Assembly (NCBI GenBank): GCA_044227195.1 | Contig: JBGAFQ010000002.1 | Coordinates: 7,375 to 71,374 of the forward strand | Reading direction: 5' to 3' | Length of the DNA stretch: 64,000 bases | Origin: Thiobacillus sp. | GTDB lineage: Bacteria; Pseudomonadota; Gammaproteobacteria; Burkholderiales; Thiobacillaceae | In this document: positions 40,636 to 50,099 of the stretch, one piece after another | Numbering within the stretch: position 1 is the stretch's first letter | Layout: each line of letters starts with the position of its first letter | Made by a program: the position numbers and the translations under genes | Notes under the pieces: model-generated | The model's database searches: none | Seen by the model: only the letters and a program-made list of their open reading frames with translations | What the model was told of the DNA's origin: nothing

Positions 40636-42171
40636 ATGGATCAAGTACTACAACAAATTCTCGGATATGCGAAAGCCGCCTGGCGCCGCCGCTGGTGGGG
40701 CGTCGCGGTGGCCTGGCTGGTGTGTATCGTCGGCTGGACCTGGGTGATGATCATTCCGGATCGCTACGAGGCGTCCGCGCGGGTGTATGTGGATACGCAA
40801 ACGCTGTTGAAGCCGCTGCTGTCCGGTCTCGCCGCCGAACCCAACGTCGAGCAGCAGATCAAGCTGATGACGCGCCAGCTCGTCAGCCGCCCGACGCTCG
40901 AAAAGGTCGCGCGCATGACCGACCTCGACGTGAAGGCGAAGACGCCGGAACAGACCGAGAAGATGCTGAACGATCTGGCGGAGAAGATTTCCATCGCCGA
41001 CGCCGGCCGCGAAAACCTCTACACCATCAGCTACCAGGATGCGAGCGGCGACCTCGCCAAGAAAGTGGTGCAGTCGCTGCTGACCATCTTCGTCGAAAGC
41101 AGCCTGGGCAAGACGCGTCAGGATATCTCCAGCTCGCAGCGCTTCATCGAGGAACAGCTTCAGCAATACCAGCAGAAACTCACCGACGCGGAAAACGCGC
41201 TCAAGGAATTCAAGCAGAAGCACATCGGCATGATGCCGGGGCAGGGCGGCGACTACTACGCGAAGCTGGCCGAAACCAGCGGGCAGCTGCGGCAAGCCCA
41301 GCTCGACCAGCAGGAAGCGGTCAACCGCCGCAACCAGCTCAAGCGCCAGCTGGCGGATGAAGAACCCGAACTGACCGCCGCGGCTGCCGCGGCCGATACG
41401 AACAGCGAAGTCGACAGCCGGATCCAGGCGTTGCAAAAGCAGATGGACCAGTTGCGCCTGCAGTACACCGATCTGCACCCCGATATCCAGGCGACCAAAC
41501 GCCTGATCGACAAGCTGGAAGATCAGAAGAAAGCCGAACTCGCCGCGCGCAAGGCCGACCCTGCGGGGGCGAAAATCCAGAACCCGGTGTACCAGCAGCT
41601 TACCATCGCCATCGCCGAGGCCGACGCCACCGTGGCTTCGCTGAGCGCGCGGGTGGCGGAATACCAGCGCCGCTTCGCCGAACTGCGCAATGCGTCCAAC
41701 ATGATTCCGCAGGTCGAGCAGGAATTCACCCAACTCACGCGCGATTACGATGTGTACAAGCAGAACTACGACGCGCTTCTGAAACGTCGCGAATCGGTGA
41801 CCATGTCCGGCGAAGTGGAAAGCAAGACCGACACCGTCGATTTCCGCGTGATCGATCCGCCTTTCGTGCCGAGCCAGCCCGCGTGGCCGAACCGGCCGCT
41901 GCTGCTCTCGCTGGTGACGCTGGGTGCCTTGGTCGCGGGGGCTGGGGTCGCCTTCCTGCTGAGCCAGCTGCGCCGTACCGTGACGGACCGCCGCGCCCTG
42001 CGCGAACTGACCGGCCTGCCCCTGCTGGGCGCGGTGTCCCGCGTGGAAACCGACGAAACCAAACGCCGCAAGCGCAAGGGCCTGCTGACCTATCTGGCGG
42101 CGCTGGGCAGTCTGATTGCCGCGTACGGCGGCGTGATGATCGTGCAACTGATCATGTCGCGCGCCGGCTAG
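40636..42171 (+). CDS. XrtA-system chain-length determinant (Wzc periplasmic part)
   Basis: Two TM helices flanking a long coiled coil; PDRYEASARVYVDT, FRVIDPP..P..P. Confidence 0.9.
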   Translation: MDQVLQQILGYAKAAWRRRWWGVAVAWLVCIVGWTWVMIIPDRYEASARVYVDTQTLLKPLLSGLAAEPNVEQQIKLMTRQLVSRPTLEKVARMTDLDVKAKTPEQTEKMLNDLAEKISIADAGRENLYTISYQDASGDLAKKVVQSLLTIFVESSLGKTRQDISSSQRFIEEQLQQYQQKLTDAENALKEFKQKHIGMMPGQGGDYYAKLAETSGQLRQAQLDQQEAVNRRNQLKRQLADEEPELTAAAAAADTNSEVDSRIQALQKQMDQLRLQYTDLHPDIQATKRLIDKLEDQKKAELAARKADPAGAKIQNPVYQQLTIAIAEADATVASLSARVAEYQRRFAELRNASNMIPQVEQEFTQLTRDYDVYKQNYDALLKRRESVTMSGEVESKTDTVDFRVIDPPFVPSQPAWPNRPLLLSLVTLGALVAGAGVAFLLSQLRRTVTDRRALRELTGLPLLGAVSRVETDETKRRKRKGLLTYLAALGSLIAAYGGVMIVQLIMSRAG

Positions 42172-42179
42172 GAGACCCC

Positions 42180-43127
42180 ATGAGCATTATCGAAAAAGCT
42201 GCAGGCAAGATTGGCGCGGGTGCCGTGCACCCGGCTGCGCCGTCCGGCGAGCCGGCCAAACCGCAGGACGCCAGCATGATAGAAGGCGCGCTCGCCAAGC
42301 AGCGCGACAACAAGCATGCGGCGCCTTTCGTGGCCACGCCGGTCGAACCGGTGTTCAGCGCACCGGATTTCGATGCGACGGCCGAAGGCTGCAGCCAGGT
42401 TCAGTCGATCAATCTGGCGCGCCTGCATCGCATGGGCGTGGTGGCGCCGGACGCGGAGAAGAGCCAGATCGCGGAAGAATTCCGCATCATCAAACGGCCG
42501 CTCATTGCCAACGCCTTCGGCCAGGGCGCGGCGCGCGTCAAGAACGGCAACCTCATCATGGTGACCAGTTCGCTGCCGGGCGAGGGCAAGAGCTTCTGCG
42601 CGATCAACCTGGCGATTTCCATGGCGATGGAAATGGACCGCACCGTGCTGCTGATCGACGCCGACGTCGCCAAGCCGCGGGTGCCCGAATATCTCGGCAT
42701 CCACGCCGACAAGGGCCTGCTCGACGTGTTGCAGGACAAGGATCTCAAGCTGTCCGACGTGCTGATCAAGACCGACATCGCCAAGCTGACCGTGCTTCCG
42801 GCCGGGCGTACCTACAAACGGGCGACCGAACTGCTGGCCAGCGCGGCGATGACGCGCCTGATCGAGGATATCGGGAATCGCTACCCAGACCGTATAATCC
42901 TGTTCGATTCCCCGCCGCTTCTGGCGACCAGCGAATCGAGCGTGCTGGCGACGCACATGGGCCAGATCGTGATGGTGGTCGAGGCCGAGAAGACATCGCA
43001 GGAAGCCGTGCGCGAAGCGCTGAGCCATATCCAGTCGTGCGAAGTGGTGGGCATGTTGCTGAACAAAACCACGCCAACCCCGGGTGCGGATTATTACTAT
43101 GGTTACTATGGCAGTTACGGCAAGTAA
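42180..43127 (+). CDS. XrtA-associated tyrosine autokinase
   Basis: EEFRIIKR, GEGKS, LLIDAD, FDSPP, C-terminal YYYGYYGSY cluster. Confidence 0.93.
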   Translation: MSIIEKAAGKIGAGAVHPAAPSGEPAKPQDASMIEGALAKQRDNKHAAPFVATPVEPVFSAPDFDATAEGCSQVQSINLARLHRMGVVAPDAEKSQIAEEFRIIKRPLIANAFGQGAARVKNGNLIMVTSSLPGEGKSFCAINLAISMAMEMDRTVLLIDADVAKPRVPEYLGIHADKGLLDVLQDKDLKLSDVLIKTDIAKLTVLPAGRTYKRATELLASAAMTRLIEDIGNRYPDRIILFDSPPLLATSESSVLATHMGQIVMVVEAEKTSQEAVREALSHIQSCEVVGMLLNKTTPTPGADYYYGYYGSYGK

Positions 43128-44715
43128 GCTCCCCGTACGCGGCGCGCAAGCGGCCGTTCGCAGACAAGCTCTCGTTGCGGGAGCTTTTTCTGTTTTCATG
43201 GCGACGACTTTTGCCCTGCCCGCGCAGGCCCTCGACTGGCGCTTCGAGCCGAGCGTGGGCGCGTCGGCAACTTACAGCGACAACGTCAACCAGAGTGCGA
43301 CCAACAAGGAAAACGGCCTGAGCTTGAGCGTCACGCCGGGCTTCACGCTGCGTTCGCAGGGGTCGCGGCGGGTGCAGGCCGCGGTGCAATACAGTCTCTC
43401 GGCGGTCACCCGCTTCGGCGGGAACGAGAACGACGACCTGTATCACAATCTGAGTGCCGCAGGAAAAGCCGAGCTGGTCGAGGATTTTCTGTTCATCGAC
43501 GGCAGTGCGAATGTTTCCCAGCAACTGATTTCGCTGTTCGGGTCGCCTGCCGATGCGGCGAGCAACGACAGCAATCGCGCCACCGTCGGTACGTATTCGA
43601 TCAGTCCGTATGTTCGGAAGCGCTTTGGCACGTTTGCCGAGGCGCAGGCGCGCTATACGGCCAGCGGCGCGATCTTTCAGAACAATGTCGCGGCCGATTC
43701 CAATGTGAACGCCTTCACCGCGAACCTGAACAGCGGGACGCGCTTCAACGATCTCAGCTGGGGGCTGGGGTACTCCCTGCGCAAGGCGGAGAACACCGAC
43801 TCCACCAATCCTGCCTCCAATGGCGACGTCACGTTCGAAAGCGCCAGTGCCCAGGTCGGCTATGCGCTCAGCCGGAAATTCCGGGTGTTCGGCACGGTGG
43901 GGCAGGACTGGAACGATTATCTGAGCACGAGCGGAACGGACGGCTCGTCCTACAGCGTGGGCTTCGGATGGTCGCCTTCGCGACGTACCAGCATTGAAGC
44001 TTCCGCGGGTGAACGCTATTTTGGCCGCACCTTCAGTTTCGCCGGCAGTCATCGTACCCGGCTGACCAACTGGACCCTGCGCTATTCAGAGGATGTGGGC
44101 GATATTACGCAGCAACTTCTGGATCAAAGCGGACAGCTATATTTCGTCTGTGCGACCTTCCCTTACTTCCAGCCGGCAGCTGATCTCGCGCAATTGCCCC
44201 CGCCGAATTGTTCGGGGCCGTACCCGGCAGGCATGCTGGCATGGGCGTACCAGAGTATTTATGGTTATTCCGCCAGTACGCTGGTTGCAGCGGGATTTCC
44301 CGTTTCGGTGGCGAATGGGGTATATGTCATCAAGAGCTTTACTGCAGGCGTGTCGTGGGACGTCGGTCGTCTGGGTTTTGGATTGTCGGCGCAGGACACC
44401 AAGCGGCTGTATCAAATCCTGGCCGGAGCGGAAGACCATGTGCAGGGTGTAACGGGTTCGGTCAGCTATCGAATGTCGCCCCACACTACTGCGAATGGCA
44501 GTCTTTCGCTTACGCGGAACAGCGCGGACGGGGCGGTGACAGGCGGAGCGGCGAGAGACGACGACATTTTTGTCTTGAGCCTGGGCGTGAACCGCCGCTT
44601 CACCGAGAAGCTCAACGGAGCGTTGACATTCCGTCATACCAAGCGGGATTCCAACGATGCGAATTCCGACTTCGACGAAAACAGCCTCACCGCCTCGGCC
44701 AATCTGCGCTTCTAG
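43108..44715 (+). CDS. PEP-CTERM system outer-membrane beta-barrel (TIGR03016-like)
   Basis: Signal peptide ending AQA, YSDNV, GERYFG, C-terminal Phe. The start (43099 or 43108) overlaps the kinase tail. Confidence 0.85.
   Translation: MAVTASKLPVRGAQAAVRRQALVAGAFSVFMATTFALPAQALDWRFEPSVGASATYSDNVNQSATNKENGLSLSVTPGFTLRSQGSRRVQAAVQYSLSAVTRFGGNENDDLYHNLSAAGKAELVEDFLFIDGSANVSQQLISLFGSPADAASNDSNRATVGTYSISPYVRKRFGTFAEAQARYTASGAIFQNNVAADSNVNAFTANLNSGTRFNDLSWGLGYSLRKAENTDSTNPASNGDVTFESASAQVGYALSRKFRVFGTVGQDWNDYLSTSGTDGSSYSVGFGWSPSRRTSIEASAGERYFGRTFSFAGSHRTRLTNWTLRYSEDVGDITQQLLDQSGQLYFVCATFPYFQPAADLAQLPPPNCSGPYPAGMLAWAYQSIYGYSASTLVAAGFPVSVANGVYVIKSFTAGVSWDVGRLGFGLSAQDTKRLYQILAGAEDHVQGVTGSVSYRMSPHTTANGSLSLTRNSADGAVTGGAARDDDIFVLSLGVNRRFTEKLNGALTFRHTKRDSNDANSDFDENSLTASANLRF
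43166..43197 (+). terminator. Terminator-like hairpin inside the beta-barrel signal-peptide coding region
   Basis: AAGCTCTCG-TTG-CGGGAGCTT (9 bp, one G-U pair) followed by TTTCTGTTTTC. Confidence 0.5.
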
Positions 44716-44729
44716 CCGGCTTGCCTGAA

Positions 44730-44745
44730 TGGCATAGCCATTGCT
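44730..44745 (+). promoter_or_regulatory. Internal sigma54 -24/-12 promoter
   Basis: TGGCATAGCCATTGCT with exact spacing, in the 79-nt gap before the ATPase gene. Confidence 0.75.
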
Positions 44746-44794
44746 TCGCATCGTGGGTGCACGCGACGTGCCCCACCCACCCAACGGACCGCCC

Positions 44795-45829
44795 ATGTAC
44801 GAAGACTATTACCGTTTCAGCGCCAAGCCGTTTCAGCTCAATCCCGATCCGCGCTTCTTCTTCGGCTCGAAGGGGCACAAGCGGGCGATGGCCTATCTGG
44901 ACTACGGTCTGTCGCTGGGCGAGGGCTTCATCGTCATTACCGGCGAAGTGGGCGCCGGCAAGACCACCCTGGTGCGCAACCTGTTCCGCCAGCTCGAGGC
45001 GCACAACCTGATTGCGGCGCAGCTGGTTTCCACCCAGCTCGATGCCGAGGACACGCTGCGCAGCGTCGCCGCTTCGTTCGGGCTCGAGCATGAAGGCTTG
45101 AGCAAGTCGGCGCTGCTGAAGAACCTGGAGGATTTTCTCGGCGCTGCAACCCGCCAGGGCAAGCGCGCGCTGCTGGTGGTGGACGAGGCGCAGAATCTAA
45201 CCCCACGTGCGGTGGAAGAACTGCGCATGCTGTCCAATTTCCAGAATAACGAACGTTCGCTGATCCAGACCTTCCTGCTCGGCCAGCCCGAGTTCCGTGG
45301 CATCCTGCAGAGCCCGGACATGCAGCAGCTGCGCCAGCGCGTCGTGGCTTCGTATCACCTGGGGCCGCTCGATCCGGACGAGACGCGCGGCTACATCGAA
45401 CACCGCCTGCGCACCGTCGGCTGGCAGGGTATGCCGAGCTTCGACGAGGCGGCCTTTGCCGTCCTGCATCGCTTCACGGGCGGCATTCCGCGCCGCATCA
45501 ACACTACCTGCGACCGCCTGATGCTGTTTGGTTATCTCGAAGAGAAAAGCCATTTCGGCGAGGCCGAGGTCAACGAGGTGATTGCCGACCTGAAGAGCGA
45601 GGTCGCGCATCAGGATTTTCACGGAGCGACCGGCGTGTCGAACCGGGCATCGGGCGGCAACGGGCCGGGCAGCGAGGAGATCGCGCAGCTTTCGCAGCGC
45701 ATCGAGCAGCTCGAACGTTCGGTCAACCGCATCCTGCCCATCGTGCGCAAGATTCTGTTCACCGTGAGCGAACGCCACGCGGCGGACGAAGCCGGCGAAC
45801 TGCCGGACGCGCACGGCATCACGCACTGA
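44795..45829 (+). CDS. XrtA/PEP-CTERM ExeA-like ATPase
   Basis: PFQLNPDPRF, GEVGAGKTT, VVDEAQ, GGIPRRIN. Confidence 0.92.
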   Translation: MYEDYYRFSAKPFQLNPDPRFFFGSKGHKRAMAYLDYGLSLGEGFIVITGEVGAGKTTLVRNLFRQLEAHNLIAAQLVSTQLDAEDTLRSVAASFGLEHEGLSKSALLKNLEDFLGAATRQGKRALLVVDEAQNLTPRAVEELRMLSNFQNNERSLIQTFLLGQPEFRGILQSPDMQQLRQRVVASYHLGPLDPDETRGYIEHRLRTVGWQGMPSFDEAAFAVLHRFTGGIPRRINTTCDRLMLFGYLEEKSHFGEAEVNEVIADLKSEVAHQDFHGATGVSNRASGGNGPGSEEIAQLSQRIEQLERSVNRILPIVRKILFTVSERHAADEAGELPDAHGITH

Positions 45830-45850
45830 TCGCATGTAAGGCTACCCACC

Positions 45851-46954
45851 ATGCCCCAGGTTTTGTGCGTCGCCGGTGCGCGCCCCAACTTCATGAAAAT
45901 CGCACCGGTGATGGCCGCGCTGGCCGAAACCGGCATCGCCGCGCAACTGCTGCATACCGGCCAGCATTACGACGCGGCGATGAGCGACGGCTTCTTCGCC
46001 GATCTCGGCATACCCCATCCCGATCATCACCTCGAAGTCGGTTCCGGCAGCCATGCCGTGCAGACCGCCGAGGTGATGAAACGCTTCGAGCCGGTACTGG
46101 AAAGCGTGCAGCCGCAGGCCGTGCTGGTGGTCGGCGACGTCAACTCCACCATCGCCTGCGCGCTGGTGGCGGCCAAGCGCGGCGTGCGCGTGATCCACGT
46201 CGAGGCGGGGCTCAGGAGTTACGACCGCGGCATGCCTGAGGAAATCAACCGGGTGCTCACCGACCAGATTTCCGATCTGCTGTTCACCACCGAGAAAAGC
46301 GCGCTTGCCAACCTGGTGCGCGAGGGCATCGACCCCGCGCGGGTCGAGTTCGTCGGCAACGTGATGATCGACACCCTGCACCGCAACCTCGAACGCGCGG
46401 TGCCGGCAAGCCGGACGCTGGGCGCCGTACTCGCCCAGTATGCCGTGCTGACCCTGCATCGCCCGTCCAACGTGGACGATCCCGATACGCTTGCGGCCCT
46501 GCTCGACGTGGTGAACGAAATCAACCGCAGCGTGCCGGTGGCGATGCCGCTGCACCCGCGCACGCGCGGCAACATCGAGAAATTCGGCCTGTCGGCCAGA
46601 CTCGACGGCCTGCGCGTGCTGCCGCCGGTGGGTTATCTGGAAATGCTCGGCCTGATGCGCGACGCCAAGCTGGTGCTTACCGATTCCGGCGGCATCCAGG
46701 AGGAAACCACCGCGCTCGGCGTGCCCTGCCTCACCCTGCGCGAGAACACCGAACGCCCGATCACGATCGAGGAAGGCACCAATACCCTGGTAGGCCCGGA
46801 CCCCGAGGCCATCCGCGCCGCCTTCGCGGACGTGATGGCAAGCGGCGGCAAGACCGGCCGCATCCCCGAATTCTGGGACGGCCGTGCCGCGATGCGCATC
46901 GCGCACACCCTCAAGGACTGGCTGCCGGCGCAGAAAGGGATCAGGGCTGCCTGA
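45851..46954 (+). CDS. wecB: UDP-N-acetylglucosamine 2-epimerase (non-hydrolysing)
   Basis: GARPNFMK, HTGQHYD, HVEAGLRS, DSGGIQEE, RENTERP. Confidence 0.94.
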   Translation: MPQVLCVAGARPNFMKIAPVMAALAETGIAAQLLHTGQHYDAAMSDGFFADLGIPHPDHHLEVGSGSHAVQTAEVMKRFEPVLESVQPQAVLVVGDVNSTIACALVAAKRGVRVIHVEAGLRSYDRGMPEEINRVLTDQISDLLFTTEKSALANLVREGIDPARVEFVGNVMIDTLHRNLERAVPASRTLGAVLAQYAVLTLHRPSNVDDPDTLAALLDVVNEINRSVPVAMPLHPRTRGNIEKFGLSARLDGLRVLPPVGYLEMLGLMRDAKLVLTDSGGIQEETTALGVPCLTLRENTERPITIEEGTNTLVGPDPEAIRAAFADVMASGGKTGRIPEFWDGRAAMRIAHTLKDWLPAQKGIRAA

Positions 46955-47802
46955 TGAAGACGGGGGCGATGAAAAATGCGATGTCGATCGACGTCGAGGA
47001 CTACTTCCAGGTCTCGGCGTTCGCGCCGCACATTCGCCGCGAGGACTGGGACAGCCTGCCCTGCCGCGTCGAGCGCAACGTCGACGTCATCCTCGGCCTG
47101 CTGGACGAGGCGAATGCGAAAGCCACCTTCTTCACCCTGGGCTGGATCGCCGAGCGCTATCCGCAGGTGGTGCGCCGCATTGTCGATGGCGGCCACGAAC
47201 TCGCGAGTCACGGTTACGGCCATCAGCGCGCCAGCGAACTCACCCCCGGGCAGTTCCGCGACGACGTCGTGCGCGCCAAGCGCATACTCGAAGACCTGGG
47301 GGGCGTCGCCGTGCGCGGCTACCGCGCGCCGAGCTTTTCGATCAACCGCAAGAACTGGTGGGCGGTGGACGAGCTGGAGAACGCCGGCTACGTCTACAGT
47401 TCCAGCATCTATCCGGTCAAACACGATCATTACGGCGTGCCCGATGCGCCGCGTTTTCCGCACCGGCCGAACGGCGAGGCCGGCATCCTGGAACTGCCGC
47501 CGACCACGGTGCCGCTGATGGGCCGCAATCTGCCGGCAGCCGGCGGCGGCTGGTTCCGTCTGCTGCCGTATTCGTTGTCGCGCTGGATGCTGCGTCGCGT
47601 CAACGAGGCCGACCACGCACCCTGCATGTTCTATTTCCATCCGTGGGAAGTCGATGCCGGGCAACCCCGCCAGCGCGGCATTTCCGCCAAGACGCGCTTC
47701 CGCCATTACGTCAATCTGCAACGTATGCCAGGCAGACTGCGGCAATTGCTCAAGGACTTCGAATGGGACCGCGTCGACCGCGTGTTTCTTTCAGAACAAT
47801 GA
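46954..47802 (+). CDS. XrtA-system polysaccharide deacetylase
   Basis: SIDVEDY, SHGYGH, YRAPSFS, FYFHPWE. Confidence 0.9.
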   Translation: MKTGAMKNAMSIDVEDYFQVSAFAPHIRREDWDSLPCRVERNVDVILGLLDEANAKATFFTLGWIAERYPQVVRRIVDGGHELASHGYGHQRASELTPGQFRDDVVRAKRILEDLGGVAVRGYRAPSFSINRKNWWAVDELENAGYVYSSSIYPVKHDHYGVPDAPRFPHRPNGEAGILELPPTTVPLMGRNLPAAGGGWFRLLPYSLSRWMLRRVNEADHAPCMFYFHPWEVDAGQPRQRGISAKTRFRHYVNLQRMPGRLRQLLKDFEWDRVDRVFLSEQ

Positions 47803-48872
47803 ACATGCAGGCCGAACCCCTTTTTAGGCCGGATACCGTGCAGGCCGACGTGACGGTGCGTACGCTGACCGATGCCGATCGCGCGCGCTGGGACGCGTTT
47901 GTGGCGACGCATCCGGACGCCACCTTCTTTCACCGTGCCGGCTGGAAGCGCGTGATCGAGGACGCCTTCGGGCATCGCACGCATTTCCTGCTGGCCGAGC
48001 GCATGGGCGACCTGGTTGGTGTGCTGCCGCTGGCCGAAATCAGGAGCCGCCTGTTCGGCCACAGTCTGGGTTCGCTGCCGTTTTGCGCCTACGGCGGCAT
48101 CGTCGCCGACGACACGGTGGCCGGTCGCGCGCTCGACGATGCCGCGCAGGCGCTGGCCCGGCAGTTGCAGGTCGGTGCGCTCGAATACCGCAACCGGACG
48201 GCGCAGCACGCCGACTGGCCGACCAAGGACCTGTACGTCACCTTCAGGAAGGCCATCGAGCCCGAGGTCGAGGCCAACCTGAACGCCATCCCGCGCAAGC
48301 AGCGCGCAATGGTCAGGAAGGGCATCAAGGCGGGTCTGGCCGGCGAGATCGACGCCGACACCGGGCGCTTCTTCCAGGCCTATTCGTCCAGCGTGCATCG
48401 CCTCGGCACGCCGGTGTTCTCGAAAAAATATTTCCGCCTGCTGAAGGCGGAATTCGGCGACGACTGCGAAGTGCTGACCATCGTGCTCGACGGCCAGATC
48501 ATCGCCAGCGTCATGTCGTTCTATTTCCGCGACGAGGTGCTGCCTTACTACGGCGGCGGTACCGACGCCGCGCGTGCGGTGGCCGGCAACGACTTCATGT
48601 ACTGGGAGCTGATGCGGCGCGCCTGCGAACGCGGCCTCAAGGTATTCGACTTCGGCCGCAGCAAGCGCGGCACGGGTTCCTTCGATTTCAAGAAGAACTG
48701 GGGTTTCGAGCCGACCCCGCTGCACTACGAGTACTTCCTGGTGCGCGACGCCGAAGTGCCCGAGATCAATCCGCTCAATCCCAAGTACCGTCTGTTCATC
48801 CAGGCCTGGAAGAAAATGCCGCTGGCGCTGGCCAACGCGATCGGACCGCACATCGTCAGGAATCTGGGGTGA
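47799..48872 (+). CDS. FemAB-like XrtA/PEP-CTERM protein
   Basis: TFFHRAGW, LPYYGGG, FDFGRSKRGTGS..FKKNWG. Confidence 0.9.
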   Translation: MNMQAEPLFRPDTVQADVTVRTLTDADRARWDAFVATHPDATFFHRAGWKRVIEDAFGHRTHFLLAERMGDLVGVLPLAEIRSRLFGHSLGSLPFCAYGGIVADDTVAGRALDDAAQALARQLQVGALEYRNRTAQHADWPTKDLYVTFRKAIEPEVEANLNAIPRKQRAMVRKGIKAGLAGEIDADTGRFFQAYSSSVHRLGTPVFSKKYFRLLKAEFGDDCEVLTIVLDGQIIASVMSFYFRDEVLPYYGGGTDAARAVAGNDFMYWELMRRACERGLKVFDFGRSKRGTGSFDFKKNWGFEPTPLHYEYFLVRDAEVPEINPLNPKYRLFIQAWKKMPLALANAIGPHIVRNLG

Positions 48873-48875
48873 GGC

Positions 48876-50099
48876 GTGAAGGAAGGCCTGCTGTTTCTCG
48901 CGCACCGCATTCCCTTTCCGCCCAACAAGGGCGACAAGATCCGCTCGTTCCATCTGCTGCGCCACCTGAGTGCGCGCTATGCCGTGCACCTCGGCGCCTT
49001 CGTCGATGATCCGGACGACTGGCAGTACGCCGACGCCCTGAAGCCGTATTGTGCGTCGATCAAACTGGTGCCGCTGCATCCGCGCCGTGCCAGGCTCGCG
49101 AGCCTGAGCGGCCTCGTGACCGGAGACGCGCTCAGCCTGCCGTATTACCGCAGTGCGGTATTGCGGGACTGGGCGGCCGGACTGGCGCGCGACGGCGCAG
49201 TGACGCGCGGCTTGGCGTTCTCGTCCGCGATGGCGCAGTTCATGCCGGCAAACCTGGCGCGCCGCGTGCTCGACATGGTCGACGTTGATTCGGACAAATG
49301 GACGCAATACGCGCCGACGCAGCGCTGGCCGCTGTCGTGGGTGTACGCGCGCGAGGGACGCAAGCTGGCCGGGTGGGAGGCGCGCGTCGCGGAGACGTTC
49401 GATGCCACGCTGCTGGTGTCGGCGGACGAGGCGGCGCTTCTGCAAAGCCGCGCGCCGCGCGCGCGCGACCGGATCGGCGCGTTCGAAAACGGTGTCGATG
49501 CGGAGTATTTTTCGCCCTTGCGCGATTATCCCAATCCTTATCCCGTCGACGTGCGCGGCATCGCCTTCACCGGCGCGATGGATTACTGGCCCAACGCCGA
49601 TGCCGTCGCCTGGTTCGCCGAACGCATCTTTCCCGCCGTGCGCGAGGCCGTGCCGAATGCGCAATTCACGATTGTCGGCAGCCGGCCGACCATGGCGGTG
49701 ATGCAGCTTGCGCGCCAGCCGGGCGTCGTGGTGACGGGCGGCGTGCCCGACGTGCGGCCCTACCTTGCCCATGCCGCCTGTGCGGTTGCGCCGCTGCGCA
49801 TCGCGCGCGGCGTGCAGAACAAGGTGCTGGAGGCCATGGCGATGGCCTGCCCCGTGGTGGCAAGCGGCCAGGCCGCCGAGGGCATCCGGGCCGAGGCCGG
49901 CCGCGATTTCTGGCTGGCCGCCGACGAGGCTGGCTTCGCACAGCACGTTATCGCGCGCGTGCGCGCCGGCGAGCGCAATGCACGGGCGCGCGAGTGCATC
50001 CTCGCGCGCTACGACTGGGCGCGCAATCTCGCCGCCATCGATCCGCTGTTCGAGGCCGCGTCCGTCGCGCGCGCCGTTCTGGAGACCTGCCCCGCATGA
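48876..50099 (+). CDS. GT4 glycosyltransferase (TIGR03087-like)
   Basis: HRIPFPPNKGDKIRS, FTGAMDYWPN, RGVQNKVLEAMA. Confidence 0.9.
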   Translation: MKEGLLFLAHRIPFPPNKGDKIRSFHLLRHLSARYAVHLGAFVDDPDDWQYADALKPYCASIKLVPLHPRRARLASLSGLVTGDALSLPYYRSAVLRDWAAGLARDGAVTRGLAFSSAMAQFMPANLARRVLDMVDVDSDKWTQYAPTQRWPLSWVYAREGRKLAGWEARVAETFDATLLVSADEAALLQSRAPRARDRIGAFENGVDAEYFSPLRDYPNPYPVDVRGIAFTGAMDYWPNADAVAWFAERIFPAVREAVPNAQFTIVGSRPTMAVMQLARQPGVVVTGGVPDVRPYLAHAACAVAPLRIARGVQNKVLEAMAMACPVVASGQAAEGIRAEAGRDFWLAADEAGFAQHVIARVRAGERNARARECILARYDWARNLAAIDPLFEAASVARAVLETCPA

